DNA from: an uncultured Erysipelotrichaceae bacterium
Lineage (GTDB): Bacteria; Bacillota_I; Bacilli_A; Erysipelotrichales; Erysipelotrichaceae
Assembly: GCA_942493105.1 (NCBI GenBank)
Contig: OW818668.1
Location: 240,001 to 272,000, forward strand
Length of the DNA: 32,000 nucleotides
Reading direction: 5' to 3'
The notes below the pieces were generated by a model. It was not told the DNA's origin. It saw only the letters and a list, made by a program, of their open reading frames with translations, and made no database searches. The position numbers and the translations under genes were made by a program. Below are positions 23,963-32,000 of the stretch, piece by piece; within the stretch, counting starts at the first letter, position 1, and each line of letters opens with the position of its first letter.

Positions 23963-25006
23963 TTAGATCCTCCCCTTGATCTTGGCGACCAATTTCTTTA
24001 GATCAGATCCAACCCTGATGAGTCCATACGGATAATACAGAATGATCAAGATGATCAAGATGCCATTAAACATCAATGCGAAGTTTGGATTTTGGGCAAA
24101 ATATGGAATCTGAGCCAATACCATATCCTTGGTTGCCACTACGATAAACACTCCTAATATGGTCCCATAGATATTACGAACACCACCAATGATGATTGCA
24201 GCCACTAAGTTAAGCGAGAGTGCCAATAACCAACGATCAGGATTGGTATAACGGTTATAGTGCACATAGAGCACACCAGCCAAGGATGCCGTCGCACTGG
24301 CAAATCCAAAGGCAAACAAGCGATACTTCAAGAGATTGATTCCCATGGCCTGAGCTGCCGCTTCAGAGCCGCGTAAGGCATTCAGAGCCCTTCCTACTTG
24401 ACCTTTCATCAGATTGTGAACGATGATCATAACCGCAACCAAGAAGAGGACAATGATCAGATACAACAAGGTTTCAAAGATTTTTAGATCCGCTCGTGTA
24501 TATTTATAGAAAAAGAAGAGGGTTGGATAGGAGATGGGTTTACCACTAGCTCCACCAGTGAAGGGATCAAAAACTTCAAAGGTTTTTCTTAAAATCTCAG
24601 CGACTGCCAATGTAGCGATCGCCAAATAGATACCTTCGATTCTCAGTGAGATATAACCTACCAAGACCCCAAGCAATGTCGATACAACAACTGCAGTGAC
24701 CAAAGCTATTTCAAAGGGTAAATGCATATTGAAGGTAATGTAGGCTGAGATATAAGCAGCCAAGCCCATAAATCCAGCTGTTCCCAGTGAAATAAGTCCT
24801 GTCCATCCTAGTAGTACATTCAACCCCAAAGCTGCGATAGAGTAATAAATAACCGAAGCAATGATCGTGACATAACTGCTTTTGATGAGACCTAAATAAC
24901 CAAACAAAGGCATCAAAGCTAAGAATAGTCCAAACAAGGCATAAGATACATATGGATTCTTAATGAGGGGTGAACCCTTTTTAAATGATGTTAATTTCTT
25001 TATCAT
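23963..25006 (-). CDS. branched-chain-type ABC transporter permease (LivM-like)
   Basis: 347 aa, polytopic, with LivM-like pattern. Confidence 0.85.
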   Translation of the reverse strand: MIKKLTSFKKGSPLIKNPYVSYALFGLFLALMPLFGYLGLIKSSYVTIIASVIYYSIAALGLNVLLGWTGLISLGTAGFMGLAAYISAYITFNMHLPFEIALVTAVVVSTLLGVLVGYISLRIEGIYLAIATLAVAEILRKTFEVFDPFTGGASGKPISYPTLFFFYKYTRADLKIFETLLYLIIVLFLVAVMIIVHNLMKGQVGRALNALRGSEAAAQAMGINLLKYRLFAFGFASATASLAGVLYVHYNRYTNPDRWLLALSLNLVAAIIIGGVRNIYGTILGVFIVVATKDMVLAQIPYFAQNPNFALMFNGILIILIILYYPYGLIRVGSDLKKLVAKIKGRI

Positions 25007-25008
25007 AA

Positions 25009-25872
25009 CTAGACCTTCTTAACGATCTTTCTTCCAATGATGCCGTTGGGTTTAAAGATGATGAAGATCAAGACTGCGATCAACACCAATTGTTCAGCCC
25101 ACACATCAGACCAATAGAAACTCATCAGGTTTTTAGCAATCGCTAAGATATAGGCACCAATGATGGGTCCATGGAAACTTTGAAAGCCACCTAGAACACA
25201 AGCCACCAAAGCACTGATCTGAACAGCATCCAACATCCCGGCATCCACACGATTGAGCGGAGCATACATAACCCCTGCCAAAACCCCTAAGACCCCGGCC
25301 AAAGCCCATGCGATCATGGTGACATTTCGAGTAGGAACACCCATTAAACGTGCTGTAAACTCATTGGATGCGGTCGTCCTAACGGCTAAACCCCATTTGG
25401 TTTTCTGCAAGATCACAAATAAGATGCTCATGAGAACCAAACCAAAACCGATATTGAAGAGACCATTGATTGAGATGGAAGCTCCAGCAATCATGACGTC
25501 TCCCTTTGGGAAAAGCTTAGGTAAGATAAAGGGATCTAATCCAAAAGAAACAGCCGTGACCCCGACGATAACCAAGACCATGCCTAAAGTAATGATTTGC
25601 TTGGCAATCGGAGCTATTTTCTTAGCTCTTCGGATGATGACGTAATCCACCATCAAGCCCATCACAAAAGCAGTTAAGATCCCAGCCAAGATCGCCGCCC
25701 ATAAAGGAAAACGATAATTGGTGAATAAAATGGCCACAACAAAAGTGTTAAATGTACCTAAAGCACCTTGTGCAAAGTGAGTGATGTTTGAGGTCCTGAA
25801 AACAATGATGATCCCTAATGCGGCAAGCGCATAGATACTTCCTGTTTCCAAACTCCTCAAAAACAATTGCAT
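25009..25872 (-). CDS. branched-chain-type ABC transporter permease (LivH-like)
   Basis: Start moved to ATG 25872 (MQLFLRSLETGSIYAL...). The track's 26-codon extension would overlap the upstream KASIII-like gene. Confidence 0.8.
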   Translation of the reverse strand: MQLFLRSLETGSIYALAALGIIIVFRTSNITHFAQGALGTFNTFVVAILFTNYRFPLWAAILAGILTAFVMGLMVDYVIIRRAKKIAPIAKQIITLGMVLVIVGVTAVSFGLDPFILPKLFPKGDVMIAGASISINGLFNIGFGLVLMSILFVILQKTKWGLAVRTTASNEFTARLMGVPTRNVTMIAWALAGVLGVLAGVMYAPLNRVDAGMLDAVQISALVACVLGGFQSFHGPIIGAYILAIAKNLMSFYWSDVWAEQLVLIAVLIFIIFKPNGIIGRKIVKKV

Positions 25873-25883
25873 GAAGGTCGACA

Positions 25884-26906
25884 CTAGGCTTTTCCCCACT
25901 TCACGATATTGGCAGCCCAGACATATCCAATGCCAGCTGCAATCATGCATACAACAGACCCATCTTTAACTTTGCCTGATTCTAAACCAAGAACCAAAGA
26001 TAGGATCTGATCGACTTGGCCCATATGACCATAGTTTTCTAAGTAAACGGTTTGATCTTCATTGAGTCCTAGGTCATGTAACATGCCTAAATGACCTGAA
26101 CGTTTGATATGCAAGATATCAAGATAAGTAATATCTTTCTTAGTGAGCTTTGATTTTTCCAGAGCCTTATCGATACATGTCATCCAATTTGAACTAGAGA
26201 CTTCATTGAGACGATTCTTCATACGTTCTGGATCCATGAGTCTTAAGGATTTAAACGCAACATTTAAGTTTTCACAGGTGATCGGATTGACTGTCCCACC
26301 GATTTCAACACCGGCCGTTCTTGCTAAAGACCCATCTGAAATCAAATGTGTGCCCAATAATAAATTATGATCCATGCCTTTGCGTAAGATTAGAGCTCCT
26401 CCACCTGCCGCAAGGTTATACATCATCGACATATTTTTATCACTATAATCTACAAAATCCCCATTACGATAGCCTCCACACACTAAAACTGTCGAGATAC
26501 ACTCATCAGCAATCAGCATATCTTTCGCTATTTTCATGGCTGTAACTGATGTGCAGCAACGATTTTGAACATCAACGCCCCAAGCATTGATGGCTCCTAT
26601 ACGATCTTGAATATACAAAGCTGAGGTGGTCAAAGGATATTCTTTCCATTCTTCACCAAAGCATAAGATAACATCGATTTCTTTGGGATCGATCTTGGCA
26701 TTCTTAATGGCTTCAATGGAAGCTAATGCACCCATTTCTTGAGTTCCGTCTAAGGGTCCTGGAATTGGTTTTTGAAGAATGCCTAATTTTTCTTGAATGG
26801 CAGTTTCAGTCCATACCCCATTGGTTTTTGCGGCAATTTCAGCTGCACTCATGACTGTTTTTGGGATATAGATCCCCAGTCCTAATATTCCTATATTCTC
26901 TTTCAT
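25884..26906 (-). CDS. 3-oxoacyl-ACP synthase III (FabH)-like condensing enzyme
   Basis: 340 aa, thiolase-fold pattern. Candidate active-site Cys in NRCCTSV. His and Asn regions (NYGHMG, AAGIGY). Confidence 0.75.
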   Translation of the reverse strand: MKENIGILGLGIYIPKTVMSAAEIAAKTNGVWTETAIQEKLGILQKPIPGPLDGTQEMGALASIEAIKNAKIDPKEIDVILCFGEEWKEYPLTTSALYIQDRIGAINAWGVDVQNRCCTSVTAMKIAKDMLIADECISTVLVCGGYRNGDFVDYSDKNMSMMYNLAAGGGALILRKGMDHNLLLGTHLISDGSLARTAGVEIGGTVNPITCENLNVAFKSLRLMDPERMKNRLNEVSSSNWMTCIDKALEKSKLTKKDITYLDILHIKRSGHLGMLHDLGLNEDQTVYLENYGHMGQVDQILSLVLGLESGKVKDGSVVCMIAAGIGYVWAANIVKWGKA

Positions 26907-26907
26907 A

Positions 26908-27801
26908 TCAATTCAAATGTGCTTTCAAAAGTGAAACAAATAAATCCAAATCATCGGTAACACAAGAATGTCCAATGCCTTCTAATGGGATCAAGGTAGC
27001 CTGATCGCCAAAAGCAGCTTTCATTTCTTGCGCATAAGCAAAAGGAACGACCATATCTGTGGTTCCATGAAGAATGACGACAGGACATTTTATGAGATCG
27101 ATTCGACCACTGCCTTGACCTGCTAAACTGACTTCATGGGTCATGTTGAAATGAACCAAACTGTAATCAACATCGACTAAATTACGCTGTTTGATCATCG
27201 CATCTAAGTAAAGATCATAATCGGCTTCATTGGGTTGAACTTTGTTATAAATAACCGCATTCCAAATCGCTTTCAACATTGCTTTGTCTTTGTTGGCATA
27301 AGCCATTAGGATAGGTACGACTTGAACCAAGTCCACTTTGATGTCTACTTTGGTTGTGATGGGTTGGGTTAAAATGGGCTGATAATCAGGTCCCATTTTA
27401 AACATCGGATAACCTTTGATCCCAACTGAATCCAGTAAAATAACTTTTTTAACTTGAGCAGGCAAATCAGCAGCCATCTCAAGGACAACACCACCACCAG
27501 TAGACCAACCCACTAAACTAAATTGATCCAAACCAATGATTTTAGCCCAAGCTTCGATATCCAAGGCGAAATCACGTAAACTATTAAGCTCTTTAAGATA
27601 AGAACTATCCCCAAAGCCTCTTAAATCAACCGCATATACTTTAAATTCATGTTCAAGTTTTTCCATGGTGGTTTGAAAATGAACCGAAGAACTCATATTG
27701 CCATGAACCAAGACGACCACATCTTTGCCTTGACCACATTCACGATAAGCAATGGTTTCTCCAGAAGGAATCTGGATTGTTTTTAGAGCGTATTGTCTCA
27801 T
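26908..27801 (-). CDS. alpha/beta hydrolase
   Basis: 297 aa. HGNMSS oxyanion region, nucleophile elbow GWSTGG, C-terminal GIGHS. Confidence 0.85.
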   Translation of the reverse strand: MRQYALKTIQIPSGETIAYRECGQGKDVVVLVHGNMSSSVHFQTTMEKLEHEFKVYAVDLRGFGDSSYLKELNSLRDFALDIEAWAKIIGLDQFSLVGWSTGGGVVLEMAADLPAQVKKVILLDSVGIKGYPMFKMGPDYQPILTQPITTKVDIKVDLVQVVPILMAYANKDKAMLKAIWNAVIYNKVQPNEADYDLYLDAMIKQRNLVDVDYSLVHFNMTHEVSLAGQGSGRIDLIKCPVVILHGTTDMVVPFAYAQEMKAAFGDQATLIPLEGIGHSCVTDDLDLFVSLLKAHLN

Positions 27802-28517
27802 AGTCTCATGCCTCCATTGGCTTCTAAGACATGTCCTGTAACATAAGACGCTTCTTCAGAAGCTAAGAATAATGCAACATTAGCGATTTCAATGGGTTGA
27901 CCTAAACGGCCAATCATGGTCATCGATGCGAACTTATCCAATAAATCCTGGGGAACTGTTTTTAAGATATCGGTCATGACATAACCCGGAGCGATCGCAT
28001 TGACGCGAACATTGCCGCCTTTGGCCGCAAATTCACGCGCCCAAGTTTTGGTCAACCCAATGATACCTGCTTTAGAAGCCGCATAATTAGCTTGACCATA
28101 GTTACCATAAACCCCTACGATCGAAGAGATATTGATGATGGATCCACTTTTTTGATCTTGCATAAAAGGTCCAACATAACGGGTTAAATTGAAGACGCCT
28201 TTTAAATTGACATTGATGACTGAATCCCATTGTTCATCCGTCATTTTACGTGTTGTGGTATCGCGTGTGATTCCAGCATTGTTGACCAAAATATCGATCT
28301 TTCCATATTTTGCAACGACTTCATCAAAGAATACTTTACACGCTGCCGCATCGGCAACATTGAGCTTATAGCCTTCTACTTGAGGATGACTGTAACTTAA
28401 ATCTCCCATATCTGCCGCAATGACTTTGGCACCTTCTTCTACGAAACGTTCTGCCATGGCTTGTCCTAAGCCTTTGGCACCCCCAGTGATGATGGCTACT
28501 TTTCCTTCAAGTCTCAT
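27798..28517 (-). CDS. short-chain dehydrogenase, 3-oxoacyl-ACP / acetoacetyl-CoA reductase type
   Basis: TGGAKGLG, NNAG, and the YAASK catalytic motif. 239 aa. Confidence 0.9.
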   Translation of the reverse strand: MRLEGKVAIITGGAKGLGQAMAERFVEEGAKVIAADMGDLSYSHPQVEGYKLNVADAAACKVFFDEVVAKYGKIDILVNNAGITRDTTTRKMTDEQWDSVINVNLKGVFNLTRYVGPFMQDQKSGSIINISSIVGVYGNYGQANYAASKAGIIGLTKTWAREFAAKGGNVRVNAIAPGYVMTDILKTVPQDLLDKFASMTMIGRLGQPIEIANVALFLASEEASYVTGHVLEANGGMRL

Positions 28518-28529
28518 GTTTTTTCCTCT

Positions 28530-29738
28530 TTAGTTCACTTTCTTTAAGATGACAGCGGTACCCATACCGCCTCCGATACATAAGGATGCCAATCCATAAT
28601 TCAAATCTTTTCTTAACATTTCATGGACCAAGGTCACAATGATACGATTGCCGCTGGCCCCGACTGGATGACCTAAAGCGATGGCGCCTCCATTAGGATT
28701 GGTCTTATTTAAGATGCTTTCTTCTGATACGTTATATTCTTGAGCCAATTCACGAACTACCCCTAAGGATTGGGCCGCAAAAGCTTCATTAAGTTCAAAG
28801 AGTTCAATTTGATCGATTTTTAATCCGGCATGTTTCAAGGCTTGTCGAATCGCTGGGGTTGGACCTAGTCCCATCAGCGATGGCTCAACACCGCCTTGTC
28901 CAATCCCCACCAATTCAACAAGAGGGATTAATGAGTATTTCTCGATGGCTTCTTCAGAAGCCAGAAGGATTACACTTGCACCATCATTGATACCGGATGA
29001 TGTACCGGCTGTAACTGACCCATCTTTAACAAACGCAGGTCTTAACGTCGCTAATTTTGCAGGATCTGTTTTACGATTAGGATATTCGTCATTCTCAAAT
29101 ATGATTTCTTCTTTACCCACTTTAATCGTTAAAGGAACGATTTCATTTTTAAAGACACCGGAGTCTACTGCTTTGATGGCTTTGGTTTGCGAAGCAAACG
29201 CAAAGGCTTCTTGTGTTTCTCTGGATATGTTATATTTTTGAGCAATATTTTCAGCCGTGACACCCATATGTTGGCCATCAAAGGCATCCCACAGGGCATC
29301 TGTCAGCATATGATCATTCATCGTGATCGGACCCATCTTCGTTCCTGTACGAACTTCTTTAGGAACCAAATAAGGAGCTGCCGACATATTTTCAACTCCA
29401 CCTGCGACGACCACATTGTGTAAACCAGCTTTGATGGAGGTATAGCCCAACATCACACTTTTCATACCGCTGCCACACACCATATTGACCCCATAAGCAG
29501 GCACAGTAACCGGAACTCCAGCTTTTAGTGAAGCTTGTCTAGCAACACCTTGGCCTTGTCCTGCAGGCAAGATATTGCCCATGATGACCTCATCGATCAC
29601 ACTTGGATCAAGTTTGGTTTCTGATAAAACAGCTTTGATGACACTTGCGCCTAATTCACCAGCAGGCACAGTTTTGAGTGCCCCTAAGAAAGATCCAAGT
29701 GCTGTTCGTTTAGCACTTACGACAAATACTCTTGACAT
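28530..29738 (-). CDS. acetyl-CoA C-acetyltransferase (thiolase II)
   Basis: 402 aa. Active-site NMVCGSGMKS, NPNGGAIALGHPVGASG, CIGGGMG. Confidence 0.9.
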   Translation of the reverse strand: MSRVFVVSAKRTALGSFLGALKTVPAGELGASVIKAVLSETKLDPSVIDEVIMGNILPAGQGQGVARQASLKAGVPVTVPAYGVNMVCGSGMKSVMLGYTSIKAGLHNVVVAGGVENMSAAPYLVPKEVRTGTKMGPITMNDHMLTDALWDAFDGQHMGVTAENIAQKYNISRETQEAFAFASQTKAIKAVDSGVFKNEIVPLTIKVGKEEIIFENDEYPNRKTDPAKLATLRPAFVKDGSVTAGTSSGINDGASVILLASEEAIEKYSLIPLVELVGIGQGGVEPSLMGLGPTPAIRQALKHAGLKIDQIELFELNEAFAAQSLGVVRELAQEYNVSEESILNKTNPNGGAIALGHPVGASGNRIIVTLVHEMLRKDLNYGLASLCIGGGMGTAVILKKVN

Positions 29739-29795
29739 GGTTTCTCCCCAAATGGTGATCTTTCAAACATGAATACTGATTCACCTTACATATTC

Positions 29796-29824
29796 AATAT
29801 ATAGGATAGAGAGATGCTTGTCAA
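29796..29824 (-). promoter_or_regulatory. sigma-A type promoter of the thiolase operon (TTGACA-17-TATATT)
   Basis: On the minus strand, -35 is at 29824-29819 and -10 at 29801-29796, with a 17-nt spacer. It lies about 55 nt upstream of ATG 29738. Confidence 0.6.
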
Positions 29825-29864
29825 CGAAATTTGTAAGCGTTTACTTAATTTTATTTTTTAGGCA

Positions 29865-29888
29865 ATAAAAAACCGGAATATTCCGGTT
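29865..29888 (-). terminator. Rho-independent terminator of the SWIM-domain gene
   Basis: AACCGGAATATTCCGGTT palindrome, followed on the minus strand by TTTTTT. Confidence 0.7.
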
Positions 29889-29976
29889 AACAGTCTTGTT
29901 TAGATGACATCCATCGATTACAAATAGGTCAAGAATCAATTAGATTTCAACTTGATCAAAAGTTTGTCAAAACACT

Positions 29977-30531
29977 TTAGGATAAAAAATCTTTAGCTTG
30001 GGTTTGACGTTCCCCTTTATACCATAGGTAAGCCATGACGACGAGTCGGATATCTTCGCTTTCTTCGAGGTAATGTCCAATGAAGCCTAAGAGTTGTTCA
30101 CGATCTTGAGAAGCCAAGAATTGAAATAAATCAAAATACTTATCATTGTTGATTTCAGTAATGAGCTCTTTAAGTACCAAGTCTTCTTCATTCTCTTCAT
30201 CGATATCTGCATCATTGAAGTGATATTCACTGCTTTTGATCGATTTAGGATCAAACCCTTTGTCAACCAAAAGCTGTAAAAGACTGGCTGCAGTATGTTT
30301 GCATAGACCTACACCGCGATATGGACAGTCACAATGGGTAAATACGACTTCTTCATCACGAAAACGGATCTCGACACGATAGATCCCTCCTCGGTTGTTT
30401 TGGACATGACTTTGAGCATGATCTTCATCATGATCTAGAAGCAATACCCCTTGATGATCGACCAAATCGATGGCTCTTTGTAGAACCAAAGCTCTGGTAC
30501 GCGCTGTGAAGTTTCTAAGTTTAAAGGGCAT
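29977..30531 (-). CDS. SWIM zinc-finger domain protein
   Basis: 184 aa. CDCPYRGVGLCKHTAA matches the CxCx(n)CxH SWIM signature. Confidence 0.75.
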   Translation of the reverse strand: MPFKLRNFTARTRALVLQRAIDLVDHQGVLLLDHDEDHAQSHVQNNRGGIYRVEIRFRDEEVVFTHCDCPYRGVGLCKHTAASLLQLLVDKGFDPKSIKSSEYHFNDADIDEENEEDLVLKELITEINNDKYFDLFQFLASQDREQLLGFIGHYLEESEDIRLVVMAYLWYKGERQTQAKDFLS

Positions 30532-30560
30532 GGTTTTACCTTGCCCTTATTTTAGCATAT

Positions 30561-30977
30561 TTATTCAAAGAGTGCCTTGTATTGGCCATATCCTTGTTCC
30601 TCAAGCTGTTCTTTGGGAATGAAACGCAAAGATGCCCCATTGATACAAAAGCGAGGTAATCCCCGAGGACCATCATCAAAGACATGACCTAAATGACTAT
30701 CCGCTTCTTTAGATCTCACTTCAACCCGAATCATCCCAAAAGAAACATCGCGTTTGGATACAACTTGAGCAGGATCGATGGGTTTTGTAAAACTTGGCCA
30801 TCCGCAACCGCTGTCAAATTTATCTTTGGATGAAAAGAGCGCTTCTCCCGAAACGATATCCACATAGATCCCATCTTTGAAAAGATGATCATATGGATTT
30901 GAAAAGGGTCTTTCGGTTGCCCCTTTTTGGGTTACTTCATACTGTAAAGGCGTTAGTTGACTTAGATCAAATTTCAT
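30561..30977 (-). CDS. msrB: peptide-methionine (R)-S-oxide reductase
   Basis: Start moved to ATG 30977 ([25 protein letters not shown]). GCGWPSF motif and catalytic RFCINGASL. Confidence 0.9.
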   Translation of the reverse strand: MKFDLSQLTPLQYEVTQKGATERPFSNPYDHLFKDGIYVDIVSGEALFSSKDKFDSGCGWPSFTKPIDPAQVVSKRDVSFGMIRVEVRSKEADSHLGHVFDDGPRGLPRFCINGASLRFIPKEQLEEQGYGQYKALFE

Positions 30978-31230
30978 AGGGATTAACCTACCTTTCAATA
31001 AATGTTTATGGAAACAATCACAACTCATCTTTTGACTCAGCATATGAATCATTTTGATCTTCGATGATATAAAGACACAGATCATGATCATTTAAGCTCA
31101 AAAGATTTGTGTGACTATCCTATCATGAACTCTTTAATGGGTAAACATAAATGCACATAAATGCTCAGCAGAAACTCATCAAATAATTTCTCTGCTCAAG
31201 TTCATATATCAGCTATTTTTTTACAGCTCA

Positions 31231-31260
31231 TAAAAAAGCCGATCTGCTTGAGATCGGCTT
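31231..31260 (-). terminator. Rho-independent terminator of 31280..32000
   Basis: AAGCCGATCT-gcttg-AGATCGGCTT, followed on the minus strand by TTTTTT. Confidence 0.7.
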
Positions 31261-31279
31261 ATAAAATTATTTACATCAC

Positions 31280-32000
31280 TTAGATAAATAGGGTTGTCCC
31301 AACGTTTTCGTTGTGGGAGATGTAGGTCCCTACGCCACCCAATTCTACCCCATCGATCAATTCTGCAGCTTTGATGCCCATAAGATCCATACTCATTGTA
31401 CAGGCAATGAACTTGACCCCTAGATCAGCACAGCTCTTCATCATCAAATCCAATGAATCTACATTCTTTTGTTTCATGATCATCTTGATCATTTCAGGAC
31501 CCATACCCATCATATTCATACTGGATAAAGGTAAGTGCTTGGTTCCACGAGGCATCATGAATCCAAACATCTTCTCAATGAAATTTTTCTTGACTGAGAC
31601 ATGAGTTGATTTACGTAAAACATTTAATCCCCAGAAGGTGAAGAAGATGGTGACTTTTTTGCCTTGAGCAGCTGCACCTTGGGCAATGATCATGGATGCC
31701 AATGCTTTATCCAGTTCGCCTGAGAATAAGACGATGGTTGCATTTTCTTGATTCAAAGCACCTGTGCTTAATTTTGCTTGGGATTTTTGTCCCTTCACGA
31801 TTTCAGCGATGTATTTGTTGCCTTCAAGATTGAGGGAAACTAAAGTATGACCATTACTCTTACACCAATTTTCAACATCACTGGAGAAGCCTGGATCGGT
31901 TGCGATGATACGTACACCATCGCCCTCATTGGCATTCTGAATAGCTTTATAAAGCGATAATAAAGGTCCTGGGCATTGCATCCCTGTTACGTCGACTACT
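31280..32000 (-). CDS. TusA-like (CPxP) plus DsrE/DsrF-like sulfur-relay fusion protein, N-terminus beyond window end
   Basis: The frame stays open upstream of the track's Met (VVDVTGMQCPGPLL...), so the gene is 5'-truncated by the window. CPGP TusA motif, then a DsrE-like C-terminal half. Confidence 0.7.
   Translation of the reverse strand, partial: VVDVTGMQCPGPLLSLYKAIQNANEGDGVRIIATDPGFSSDVENWCKSNGHTLVSLNLEGNKYIAEIVKGQKSQAKLSTGALNQENATIVLFSGELDKALASMIIAQGAAAQGKKVTIFFTFWGLNVLRKSTHVSVKKNFIEKMFGFMMPRGTKHLPLSSMNMMGMGPEMIKMIMKQKNVDSLDLMMKSCADLGVKFIACTMSMDLMGIKAAELIDGVELGGVGTYISHNENVGTTLFI

Noticed and set aside
25873-25950. The 26-codon N-terminal extension of the LivH-like permease in the ORF track
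   Set aside because: It would overlap the 3' end of the KASIII-like gene by 67 nt. The extension (MHDCSWHWICLGCQYREV...) is unlike a permease N-terminus, and ATG 25872 gives the usual MQLF... start.
1-32000. Search for an integrase, transposase, excisionase or other recombinase to go with the att-like repeats and cassette repeats
   Set aside because: No ORF in the track or in my own reading shows tyrosine or serine recombinase, DDE or HUH motifs. The SWIM protein at 29977-30531 lies in the core region far from the islands, and I do not consider it a candidate. The recombinase, if any, must lie outside this window.

Overview
This is low-GC, Gram-positive or Mollicute-style DNA with GGAGG-type ribosome-binding sites and mostly minus-strand genes. 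It splits into two parts. Positions 1-16.9 kb are an accessory region anchored on an intact tRNA-Thr(GGU) at 16881-16954. The last 17 nt of that tRNA plus 74 nt of downstream sequence occur three times as identical 91-nt direct repeats (5670-5760, 11031-11121, 16807-16897). This pattern fits tandem accretion of at least three integrative islands, and none of them encodes an integrase inside the window. Island X (11.1-16.9 kb) carries a MerR/HxlR-controlled set of aldo-keto reductase, flavodoxin and oxidoreductase genes. Islands Y (5.8-11.1 kb) and Z (1-5.8 kb, cut by the window edge) carry eleven co-directional orphan genes. Those genes are split into blocks of 1-3 by seven co-oriented copies of a ~115-nt structured repeat I do not recognise, and by a recurring promoter-like module. 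The layout resembles an integron cassette array, but the sequence has no canonical attC cores. This is the most interesting signal in the window. Positions 17-32 kb look like core chromosome. They hold a membrane protein gene, maf, and a long TetR-linked minus-strand operon containing thiolase, an SDR reductase, two alpha/beta hydrolases, a KASIII-like enzyme, a Liv-type ABC transporter and a CoA-transferase. After that come a SWIM-domain protein, msrB, and a partial TusA/DsrE-like gene. I saw no rRNA, CRISPR array, transposase or integrase.
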